From a virus, in IMG/VR virus record IMGVR_UViG_3300018079_000001, positions 1 to 64,000 of that record: 64,000 bases of DNA; one strand, 5' to 3'. Numbering within the stretch: position 1 is the first letter of the stretch; each line of letters starts with the position of its first letter. This document shows, one piece after another, positions 48,605 to 56,458 of this stretch. A model generated the notes under the pieces. That model did not search any database, was not told the DNA's origin, and was given only the letters and a program-made list of their open reading frames with translations. The translations under genes and the position numbers were made by a program.

Positions 48605-49075
48605 ATGGTCATCACAGCGCAAATTCCAAAGGACCGCATCGGACACGGCACGATCACCTGGGAAGGTGGCTTCGGCCGCTGTCGCGGCAAGGCCGACAAT
48701 CAGAAAGCCTCCGAGCACGGCAACCCAACCCGTGACCCCCGACGCCCGTGGGGCGATCACCCTGCCGGCCACTATGTCGTGACTGGTGTTCGCACAGTCA
48801 TCGTCGGACAGGATCACAGTTACGGCCCGGTGAAGATCGACATTCAGCCTGCCGATCTGTCGAGTGACGACGAGTGCGCGACGCGCGAGAATGCCGAGGG
48901 CGGCGACGATGGTATTTTGATTCACGGGGGCGACCCACAAGCTGATGGGGTTTCTCTCCGAGCGACCTACGGCTGCTTGCGTGTCTCGAATGAGACAGCC
49001 CGCGCGCTTGCTCTGGTGATCAAGGCCGCGATGGCAGCCGGCGAGCACGTCGAGTACAACTGCGAGGCAGCCTGA
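48605..49075 (+). CDS. L,D-transpeptidase (YkuD/Tlde1-like) protein, candidate endolysin
   Basis: GDHPAGHY, GILIHGG...LRATYGCLRVSN (His...Cys catalytic motif). Confidence 0.75.
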   Translation: MVITAQIPKDRIGHGTITWEGGFGRCRGKADNQKASEHGNPTRDPRRPWGDHPAGHYVVTGVRTVIVGQDHSYGPVKIDIQPADLSSDDECATRENAEGGDDGILIHGGDPQADGVSLRATYGCLRVSNETARALALVIKAAMAAGEHVEYNCEAA

Positions 49076-49095
49076 CCACAAAAGCGAAGCAGCCC

Positions 49096-49118
49096 GTTGA
49101 TCCTACTAAGTAGGAGGG
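49096..49118 (+). promoter_or_regulatory. Palindromic regulatory motif B copy 3
   Basis: GTTGATCCTACTAAGTAGGAGGG, identical to the 1607 copy. Confidence 0.75.
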
Positions 49119-49125
49119 CACTACC

Positions 49126-50607
49126 CTGGACTCTTCTACTATTGAAGTCGGACCTGTGTGGGCTCGGTTGCGTGGACCTGTCGGACAGGTGAACTACGTC
49201 CGCGAGTCTCTGACGCTCGACACGCCCGGTGTCGAGTACATGCGATGGAAGGTCGGTGACGGCAAGACGCGCTTCCTGCGTCGCGGTGATGTTTTTCTGT
49301 CTGGCCTCACGTGGCGCGTGGCGCAGATTCTTGTCGGGGGCGGCTACCCGATGCCCACCGTGAAGTGGCCGCTTGTCATGGAGCGCAAACCGTGGACGCC
49401 AACACCGCTCGACACGCGCGGGTACCAGGAGCCCGCTGTCGTGAAGATGGTGCGAGCGCGTCGTATGGGTGTGCAATCACCAACTGGTTCGGGCAAGACG
49501 ATGATTGGCGTCGAGGCTGCGCGTCGCATCGGGCACCGCACGCTGTGGCTCACACACCGAAAGGAACTGTTGGCGCAGACAGCCGACGTATTCCGTGACA
49601 GCCTCGGCATCGTGCCAGGTATAGTTGGGGCGGGCAAGGATTTCGAAGGCGACGGCCGTCTCGTGATCGCATCGGTGCAGACGCTCGCGCGCATGCTCGA
49701 TAAGAAGCGTGGGGCTCCTGACACAGTAAAGCCGTGGCTCGCTGACTTCGGCTGCGTCATCGGAGACGAAGGGCACCACGCATCGGCGCCGACGTGGCAG
49801 GACATCTTCGAAGCATGCACGAACGCCAACTACCGTTTCGTTCTCTCCGCGACACTCGACACCGGCAATGAAGTGAGCAACTGGAAGATCGAGGGTGCGA
49901 CCGGACCGACATACATCGTCGCCGAGACAGCGGACCTGGCAAGGCAAGGCTTCCTCGCCATGCCCCACGTGATCGTTCTTCGAGTGCCCACTGACACTTA
50001 CCCGTCATACGAAGAGATCAGGGATGTTGTCTGCCCTGGCTGGCAAGCCAACCCTCGCGCCTTGCGCTCCCTTGGGGCCAGGCTATTCACCGAGACGTAC
50101 GAACGTGGCATCATGAACAATGGAGCCCGCAACAGCATGGTCGTTCTAACGGCTGTTCAGCACGCGACTAGACAGGAAAAAGTTCTCGTGCTATGCTCAA
50201 GGGTTCCCCATGCGGCGGCTCTCATGGACGATGCACGACGCCTGAACCCCTGCCCCGTGTATGTACTCGACGGCGGGTGTAACGACCTGACACGACAGGC
50301 GACCCTGAACCTGTTCAAGCGTGGAGCCGGCGCAATCCTGTTCGCCACACCGTTTTTCCGAGAGGGAGTTGACATACCACAGATCGACGTGGGGGTACTG
50401 GCAGGTGGTGGGCTCTCCGACGTGGCCGTGACTCAGGGGCTCGGGCGGGTGCTTCGACCACGACCCGACAAGGCTGAGGTTCTCTGGTACGACTTCATGG
50501 ACGGCGGGGCTCTGACCGACCGCCCCGAGAAGGACTACCTTCGGGTACACTCCGAGTCGCGCCTGGCACTCTACACAACTTCAGGCTTCAAGGTGGAGAC
50601 TCGCTAA
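49126..50607 (+). CDS. Superfamily 2 DNA helicase (probable CTG start at 49126; GTG 49156 alternative)
   Basis: SPTGSGKT, DEGHH, LSAT, REGVDIP, QGLGRVLR. Confidence 0.9.
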   Translation: MDSSTIEVGPVWARLRGPVGQVNYVRESLTLDTPGVEYMRWKVGDGKTRFLRRGDVFLSGLTWRVAQILVGGGYPMPTVKWPLVMERKPWTPTPLDTRGYQEPAVVKMVRARRMGVQSPTGSGKTMIGVEAARRIGHRTLWLTHRKELLAQTADVFRDSLGIVPGIVGAGKDFEGDGRLVIASVQTLARMLDKKRGAPDTVKPWLADFGCVIGDEGHHASAPTWQDIFEACTNANYRFVLSATLDTGNEVSNWKIEGATGPTYIVAETADLARQGFLAMPHVIVLRVPTDTYPSYEEIRDVVCPGWQANPRALRSLGARLFTETYERGIMNNGARNSMVVLTAVQHATRQEKVLVLCSRVPHAAALMDDARRLNPCPVYVLDGGCNDLTRQATLNLFKRGAGAILFATPFFREGVDIPQIDVGVLAGGGLSDVAVTQGLGRVLRPRPDKAEVLWYDFMDGGALTDRPEKDYLRVHSESRLALYTTSGFKVETR

Positions 50608-50620
50608 TGATCGGAAGAGC

Positions 50621-51493
50621 ATGACCCGCTACTTCTGCAAGGACTGCGGTGCACGTCAGGGAAGCAAGCGCGAGTTGAATGAGCACGTGTGTCGAAAGCG
50701 GGTCAGGAATGAGATACCCGAGGGTCAGGAACTACCGCCAGTTGGGGTCAGGAATTTGACCCAACCACTACAGGAGGGGGTCAGGAACCTGACCCTTGGT
50801 GGGTCAGGAATCGGGTCAGGAAATGAAATCCTGACCCGAGAATTATCTAATGAAGACGATACGTTGTCTAATGGCGCGGGGGTCAGGAATGATGAAAGTC
50901 GTTGTCCTCCTCTTCTTGATCTCTCTAAAGAGAGAGGAACGCACACGGGTCAGGAGTGGTGTGCGATCTCTGATCCTGAGCCGATCAAAAGTGCCCACGC
51001 CCGAGAGCAGGAAGCCATCGCATACGTCTCGTCTCGGACGGAGTACCTGACAGCGTGGGAGAGATCATTCTTTATTGGGGTTCAATTCACAAACCAGACT
51101 CTATCGAGCAAGCAGAAGTTGACCCTGTTCGAGATCGAAGCCAAGATCAAGAGTCATGAGCATGGACTCGAAGAGTGGCGTGAGGCTGACGCACGGGCTC
51201 AGCACCCTCTGAAGAAGCTACAGCCCGATCACCCGAAGGCTGACTGCAAGTATTGCCAGGCCGAGGCTGAATCAGCCGTTCAGGCCAAAGCCGATTTCGA
51301 GGAAGACATGGCCGAGTTGCTTGTGCTCGGGGAAGAGATCAAGGTCCGTCGTGCCCGTGAGGCCCTACAAGCCTCTAGGACGCGTCCAGGACACCGACCC
51401 GCTGGTAGGACCCTCCTGGACTCCTCAAAGCGGCGCATTACCCCCAATCCGCCCCGATTTGCCCCCAAGGAAGAGGGACCCGCCAATGCCTGA
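50621..51493 (+). CDS. Hypothetical replication-associated protein containing iteron array
   Basis: N-terminal C2HC-type finger (CKDC..H.C); lies between two helicases. Confidence 0.55.
   Translation: MTRYFCKDCGARQGSKRELNEHVCRKRVRNEIPEGQELPPVGVRNLTQPLQEGVRNLTLGGSGIGSGNEILTRELSNEDDTLSNGAGVRNDESRCPPLLDLSKERGTHTGQEWCAISDPEPIKSAHAREQEAIAYVSSRTEYLTAWERSFFIGVQFTNQTLSSKQKLTLFEIEAKIKSHEHGLEEWREADARAQHPLKKLQPDHPKADCKYCQAEAESAVQAKADFEEDMAELLVLGEEIKVRRAREALQASRTRPGHRPAGRTLLDSSKRRITPNPPRFAPKEEGPANA
50700..50955. repeat. Iteron-like array: 8 direct GGGTCAGGA copies plus inverted copies; putative replication origin
   Basis: Copies at 50700, 50722, 50745, 50778, 50801, 50813, 50880, 50947; inverted CCTGACCC at 50788 and 50830. 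Confidence 0.75.
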
Positions 51494-52865
51494 TCGACAG
51501 TTCACGGACGGAATCGCCCGGCTGGTCCTGGTCGCAGCGGTCTATGGCGACCTGTTGACTGCCCTGCCAGGAGCCTTCGCCCCGGACCTGTTCGGGGAGT
51601 CGAGTGCCCGCCAGAGGATCGCGGAAGCCGTCGCGCGGTACGCTGAGCAGTACCCTGGCACCCGGCCGGCGCCGGAGTTCATCGACGACCTGATCAGTAA
51701 GGATATGGCGAACCGGAGCGAAGCCGAGCAGGATGCCGTCGCTGACGAGTGGGGCTTTGTCCAGGCGGCAGACCTGCCCGAAGACACGGGCTACCTGTAT
51801 CAGCAAGTCAGGGAGTGGATCGAGTTTAGGCGGACCCGAGACGCTCTTATAGCCGCCCGGGAAGTGATGGACAAGGACGGTGGGCTCGAAGAAGCCCGGG
51901 AGATTCTAGCGAAGGTCGAGCCGCTGAAGCCGCGTATCGAGATCAAGCAGGAGATTTTCTGGCTCCGCGACGCCGAGGAACGGCTGACCCTGTGGCGCGA
52001 GGGTATCACGATGGGGGAGCGCATCCCGACCCGAATGTCAGCGTTCGATGCAGCGGTGAGCGGTGGACCGACGAAGAAAGAGGCGTGGTATTTCCTGGCC
52101 CCGCCGAAGGGGGGCAAGACGACGTTCCTGCTGAACGTCGCACGCGGTGCTGCGCGTGGTGGTTACGGGGTGTACTACAACACGTTCGAGATGCAGGGCA
52201 TGCGCACCGCGCTCCGCTTCGATCAGATGATGGCGAAGTCAAGACGCGAAGAATTGGCAGGCAAGGATGGTGAGATTGGGAACATCGCCCCCCTCGAAGC
52301 GGCGATCAAGGGCATGACGGCAATCGGGAGCGGAGAGATCGTGTTCACTCGCCGCGCAACGCAGGCGAAGAGCAGCGTGCGGCAGACGGCGCAGGACATC
52401 AAGCGGCTACGGAACGATGGCGTGCAAATCGACGTGGTCGTCTTCGACTATCTGAACATCATGGGTGGCTCGAAGAACGAGTCGGAGCTACGACGCGAGT
52501 TGTTCGGCATCTCGTATGAGATCGCGGACCTGGCGCAAGAACTGGACGTGCTTGTGTGGTCGGCGGCCCTCGTGACCCGGCAAGCCGTGGACAAGTATCC
52601 TATCCGCAAGACAGACATCGCCGAGGCGTTCGGTGTGATCGCAGCACTCGATGGTGCCGTCGCCATTTGCTCCCCGCCTATCCTCGTGGCGAACAACTTC
52701 CGCCGACTGTACATCGCAGCAGCGCGTGAAGAGCGTGACGAAGTGATGGCGGGTGACTATCTGGTCGAGTTCGATCGAATGCGTATTCGACCCGCCGACT
52801 CGCAGCGCGTGGATCAGCTACTCGAATCGACACGCAAGCGGAAGAACGGGGAGGAAACGGAATGA
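51486..52865 (+). CDS. DnaB-like (SF4) replicative helicase
   Basis: APPKGGKTTFLLNVA, TFEM, VVVFDYLNIM, LA.ELDVLVWSA, DIAEAF. Confidence 0.88.
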   Translation: MPDRQFTDGIARLVLVAAVYGDLLTALPGAFAPDLFGESSARQRIAEAVARYAEQYPGTRPAPEFIDDLISKDMANRSEAEQDAVADEWGFVQAADLPEDTGYLYQQVREWIEFRRTRDALIAAREVMDKDGGLEEAREILAKVEPLKPRIEIKQEIFWLRDAEERLTLWREGITMGERIPTRMSAFDAAVSGGPTKKEAWYFLAPPKGGKTTFLLNVARGAARGGYGVYYNTFEMQGMRTALRFDQMMAKSRREELAGKDGEIGNIAPLEAAIKGMTAIGSGEIVFTRRATQAKSSVRQTAQDIKRLRNDGVQIDVVVFDYLNIMGGSKNESELRRELFGISYEIADLAQELDVLVWSAALVTRQAVDKYPIRKTDIAEAFGVIAALDGAVAICSPPILVANNFRRLYIAAAREERDEVMAGDYLVEFDRMRIRPADSQRVDQLLESTRKRKNGEETE

Positions 52866-53881
52866 CCGACGACCGCCGACGTATCGACCTGGATAAGTGG
52901 CTTCGCACTCGCGTCAAGATTTTGAATGATTCTGGTGGGCGCGGCTTCGACACAGGAGTGCGCACGTACAATTGCCCGCTGTGCCGTGACACGAAAGGAC
53001 GCGGCTGGTCGAACGTCGCGTACTGGACGACGGGCTGTTTCAACATCGGATGCGTGGCGTGCGAGCGGCTGGAGGGTGGCGCCCTGGAATTGGCGCGACG
53101 GCTCGAAGGCATCCGTATGCGCGCCGACACGTTCATCTTGCTCAAGAACAAATTCGGTGTCGCGCGCCCGATCGAGTACAAGCCGCTCCCGCGACAGGGT
53201 GACGATTTCGTGCGCTGGCCCGAAGGCATGAAGCCGCTGGCCGGCCCTGCTGATCCGTGGCGACGAACCTATCTGAAGTTTATCGAGAAGCAGTGGGGTA
53301 TCAGTGAGGCTGACGCGGAGACGTGGGGCCTGGGCTACTGCCTGACGGGTTACTACGCGAACCGCGTCATCATCCCGATTGTGATGGACGGCGAGCCCGT
53401 CGCATTTCAGGCGCGGGCAATTGTGGACGTGAAGCCAAAGCCAAAGTACCTCACGAGCCGGCACGGCGCACAGGACGACCCGAAAGCTGAGTGCTTCAGG
53501 AGCGCGAGCGCAATCCTGTTCAACTACGATCGCGTGAACGAAGGCGATGAAGTCCTGCTAGTCGAGGGGGTGGGCGACGTGATGGGCTGGCATCGGGGCA
53601 AGCCTGATCGTAAGCCCGTGGCCGTCGCGATGCTCGGTATCAGCCTGACTCCCGAGAAGCTGAGCCTGCTCGCGGCGAAAAGCCCGAGCCGCATCATTCT
53701 CGCGGTGGACGCCGAGCCTGCCGCGCAGAAGCAAGCTGACGAGATGTTCTCGACGCTTCTCGATAATGACTTGCCCGTGGTGCTCGCGACCTGGCAGGGC
53801 GGGAAAGACGCGGGCTCAGGTGCCCTGCCAGTCGAGCGCGCGGCAACACTTCGAGACGCGGACTTGAACCGACTGCGGTAG
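52862..53881 (+). CDS. DNA primase (Zn finger + TOPRIM)
   Basis: CPLC..C..C, RVIIPI, FQAR, LFNYD, LVEGVGD, AVDAE.A, KDAG. Confidence 0.88.
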   Translation: MTDDRRRIDLDKWLRTRVKILNDSGGRGFDTGVRTYNCPLCRDTKGRGWSNVAYWTTGCFNIGCVACERLEGGALELARRLEGIRMRADTFILLKNKFGVARPIEYKPLPRQGDDFVRWPEGMKPLAGPADPWRRTYLKFIEKQWGISEADAETWGLGYCLTGYYANRVIIPIVMDGEPVAFQARAIVDVKPKPKYLTSRHGAQDDPKAECFRSASAILFNYDRVNEGDEVLLVEGVGDVMGWHRGKPDRKPVAVAMLGISLTPEKLSLLAAKSPSRIILAVDAEPAAQKQADEMFSTLLDNDLPVVLATWQGGKDAGSGALPVERAATLRDADLNRLR

Positions 53882-53933
53882 AAGTGCCTGTTAAATAAGC
53901 GAAATCCCCTTCCGGAAACCCTAAAGATTTTTC

Positions 53934-53961
53934 TTGTTCCCCGCCCCCACTATGCTATTAT
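53934..53961 (+). promoter_or_regulatory. Sigma70-type early promoter (TTGTTC-16 bp-TATTAT, extended -10 TG)
   Basis: AT-richer intergenic region at the start of the early small-gene region. Confidence 0.55.
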
Positions 53962-54235
53962 GAGTGTGTAGTCAGAGCAGCAAGACGCCAAGTAGGTGGC
54001 AGAGGCGATCGAAAGTACGAAGCAAGCCACCGAGTAGCGTAGAGCGCAGAGGGCGCGGCACAGATCCCCTCAGACGCGGCTCTGGCTAAAGTCACGCGGC
54101 CAACCTCTAGGGCACCGGGCGTGACAGCGCATGCCGCCACGAGATGCGCAACCGGGGGCGATAACAGGGACCCAAACCCTGCTAACCGCGAGGGGTCTTA
54201 ACCCGGACGATCTAACAAAATTGAAATTAAGGGGG
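53962..54235 (+). ncRNA. Putative structured leader/ncRNA
   Basis: About 280 nt without a credible ORF; GATCCCCTC/GAGGGGTC long-range pair, GGTGGC/GCCACC, GTCACGC/GCGTGAC, GCGCAT/ATGCGC, CAGGG/CCCTG. Confidence 0.45.
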
Positions 54236-54243
54236 AGCAACCC

Positions 54244-54489
54244 ATGAGATGCGACGATGGCAAAGCAACGGCGATCAAAGACACGTTCGTGGTCGAAGGC
54301 AAGCGGGACGAGCGCGGCGAGAGTTTCATCTCTATCGCAATCGACCCGGCTGATCCTTACGGTTCGTTCAAGCGTCTGCCTGCGGGCGTAGAGTTTGAGG
54401 GCAAGACGTACGGCAAGACAGGCTACGACAGCGACAAGAACCTGGCCTACTACGCGACGAGCGCCCCAATAGCGCGCGGGAGAAAGTAA
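54244..54489 (+). CDS. Hypothetical early protein
   Basis: RBS GGGGGAG; FEGKTYGKTGYDSD. Confidence 0.6.
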   Translation: MRCDDGKATAIKDTFVVEGKRDERGESFISIAIDPADPYGSFKRLPAGVEFEGKTYGKTGYDSDKNLAYYATSAPIARGRK

Positions 54490-54716
54490 TGCTGATCAAC
54501 GGGAACGACCTGAACCAAACGCAGCGAGCGCAGGTGCTTGCCGTATTCATCTATCGGCACCACGCAATCGGCGCGGGCCTGTACTACGCCACTGAGCGGG
54601 CGTGGCTGACCGACCATGCGTTTCACTTCATTAAGAGTGGTGCGCGCCTGGCGTTGAATAAGCGGTATGCCGAGTGCCCGACGACAACCGCCGCATCGCG
54701 GCGAAAGGGGAACTGA
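54489..54716 (+). CDS. Hypothetical early protein
   Basis: TAATG overlap. Confidence 0.55.
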   Translation: MLINGNDLNQTQRAQVLAVFIYRHHAIGAGLYYATERAWLTDHAFHFIKSGARLALNKRYAECPTTTAASRRKGN

Positions 54717-54765
54717 CATGGACAACATGCACCCGGTGGTGATGATCAAAACAAGGGGAAATGAC

Positions 54766-54972
54766 ATGGACAATATGCTCACGGTCGAAGAGGTTGGTCT
54801 GATCATGCAGGGTAAGCCGATCCTGGCGATCAAGTCTGTGCGCACCAGGCTCGCCCTGGACCTTCGTGACGCGAAATACCTGGTCGATTCGTACGCAATC
54901 GCGATGGGCAAGCGGGTCGAAGACGTTTGCCACTATTGCGGCGGCGCAGGCAAGGTCGGTCGTTACATCTGA
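54766..54972 (+). CDS. Ribosomal L7/L12 CTD-like protein with CxxCxGxG tail (alternative start 54718)
   Basis: GKPILAIKSVRTRLALDLRDAKYLVD matches the K..AIK..R....L.EAK..VD pattern. Confidence 0.6.
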   Translation: MDNMLTVEEVGLIMQGKPILAIKSVRTRLALDLRDAKYLVDSYAIAMGKRVEDVCHYCGGAGKVGRYI

Positions 54973-55136
54973 TGCGAGTGAACATCAAGGCGATCCTGGC
55001 CGACCCGGCGAAGCGGCGTGAGTTGATGGTCAGAGCGATCATCTCGACGCAGGCGGTAGAGGGCATCGTCACAACGCGAGAGCAAGCCGAGCACGCGTAC
55101 GATACGGTGCAGGCTGAGAGAAAGGCAAAACGATGA
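54972..55136 (+). CDS. Hypothetical early protein
   Basis: TGATG and ATGA overlaps. Confidence 0.55.
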   Translation: MRVNIKAILADPAKRRELMVRAIISTQAVEGIVTTREQAEHAYDTVQAERKAKR

Positions 55137-55390
55137 ACTGCCCAACAGTCGGTTGTCCTAAAACGCTTCCTTATGGGGAGCCCGGTCACACGATATGCTG
55201 GACTCCAGTGCTCGACGTAGAGGCAACCTACGCGGTTGTGCCGTGCCCTGACTACGGCAGACCGTTTGCGGTAGTGGACCTGAATCGCGACCTGGTCATC
55301 AGCAAGCACAGTGATCAGTTGACCGCGATTCGAGCAGCGAACATCCTTAACAGGAAGGGGAACCTACTCTTCCCCGAGAGAGGAATCTAA
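55133..55390 (+). CDS. Hypothetical early protein
   Basis: ATGA overlap. Confidence 0.5.
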   Translation: MNCPTVGCPKTLPYGEPGHTICWTPVLDVEATYAVVPCPDYGRPFAVVDLNRDLVISKHSDQLTAIRAANILNRKGNLLFPERGI

Positions 55391-55393
55391 CCC

Positions 55394-55687
55394 ATGCACT
55401 CACTCGAAACGATCATTGCCCGCAACGCCAAAGCGGCTGGACGCGAGGGCGCCCACGCTGACAGCGACGGCGACGACAGGTTAGCGTCGGCGATTCATGC
55501 CGCCGCGACCGAGCACGGCGCGTCCGCGTTCTGCGGCGTGTGCGTGTATCCTATGATTGACCACGCGGGAGCCGACCACGATTTTGTGGTTGTCGCCCAC
55601 GACCCAACAGTAGACAAGCCGGACCTGAATGACGAGAGCTACCCTTGGTTCGCCACTGGCTACCTCGACGGTCGCAAAGACGGCTGA
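55394..55687 (+). CDS. Hypothetical early protein
   Basis: RBS GAGG; CxxC..H..H. Confidence 0.5.
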   Translation: MHSLETIIARNAKAAGREGAHADSDGDDRLASAIHAAATEHGASAFCGVCVYPMIDHAGADHDFVVVAHDPTVDKPDLNDESYPWFATGYLDGRKDG

Positions 55688-55770
55688 GCCGAGCGAGCAG
55701 TGAACCTTAAACGAGCGGACGGTCAAAGGCGAGTAAGTGCTGGCTCGCCCCGCTCACAAAGGAAACAACA

Positions 55771-55935
55771 ATGCCACGTATCGCGTACGCGAACATTCTC
55801 AGAGAGTGCCAGTGCGGTGCCCCCGCCACGGCGGGTCGCTACTGCCACGAGTGCAGAGACAACGTGAGAGAGCAGGACACCTACAACGGCCGCGTGGTTG
55901 CCACGCTGGTCGAGCAAGGTGGAGGGCAAGCGTGA
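55771..55935 (+). CDS. Small Cys-rich protein (MPRIAYANILRECQCG...)
   Basis: RBS AAGGA; CxC...CxxC. Confidence 0.45.
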   Translation: MPRIAYANILRECQCGAPATAGRYCHECRDNVREQDTYNGRVVATLVEQGGGQA

Positions 55936-56207
55936 GCAAACATGTTCAGGATGTGATGGACGCATTGAAGCTAGCGCTCGAAGCCAAGCCGTTTCCAGAC
56001 AGCGCGGCGTTGTCTGCTGAGCGGACGTTAGAAGCCAGGTGGTGTGGTCGCTGGCGGCTGGTGCAGGCGGGCATCACGTTCAAGGTTACAGCGGTGCGCA
56101 CTGGCAATGTGCACTGTCACTCGCGTGTCGGTGGACCGGCGACGATCAAGGTTGCTGACATGGAGTTTCTGACAGCGAGCGGCGAGTTGCAGTTCATCGG
56201 GAAATAA
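55932..56207 (+). CDS. Hypothetical early protein (MSKHVQ...)
   Basis: GTGA overlap, RBS GGAGG. Confidence 0.45.
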   Translation: MSKHVQDVMDALKLALEAKPFPDSAALSAERTLEARWCGRWRLVQAGITFKVTAVRTGNVHCHSRVGGPATIKVADMEFLTASGELQFIGK

Positions 56208-56219
56208 CCCTAGTAGGCT

Positions 56220-56245
56220 GTTGATCCTACTAAGTAGCGGGAGGG
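56220..56245 (+). promoter_or_regulatory. Palindromic regulatory motif B copy 4 (variant)
   Basis: GTTGATCCTACTAAGTAGCGGGAGGG before ATG 56249. Confidence 0.7.
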
Positions 56246-56248
56246 ACT

Positions 56249-56455
56249 ATGGCTGAACTGAAGCATTGCGAGAAGTGCCGCATGAGCACCGCGCACGTTG
56301 ACGGTGCCTGTCAGCGTTGTGTCTTCCAAAAGACAAAGGGCAAGAAAAAGCCGATGTCGGCTGAGGCAAAGTCGAAGCTGAAAGCATTGCGGGAGTGGCG
56401 CGCGGGGAAGCGTGACACGGACCCGAGACTTGAACCCAACAACGGAGGGAGCTAG
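56249..56455 (+). CDS. Small Zn-finger protein
   Basis: CEKC...T.H..G.CQRC. Confidence 0.55.
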   Translation: MAELKHCEKCRMSTAHVDGACQRCVFQKTKGKKKPMSAEAKSKLKALREWRAGKRDTDPRLEPNNGGS

Positions 56456-56458
56456 ACC

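Noticed and set aside
50700-50955. Repeat array as CRISPR
   Set aside because: 9-bp repeats, irregular short spacing, both orientations, no cas genes.
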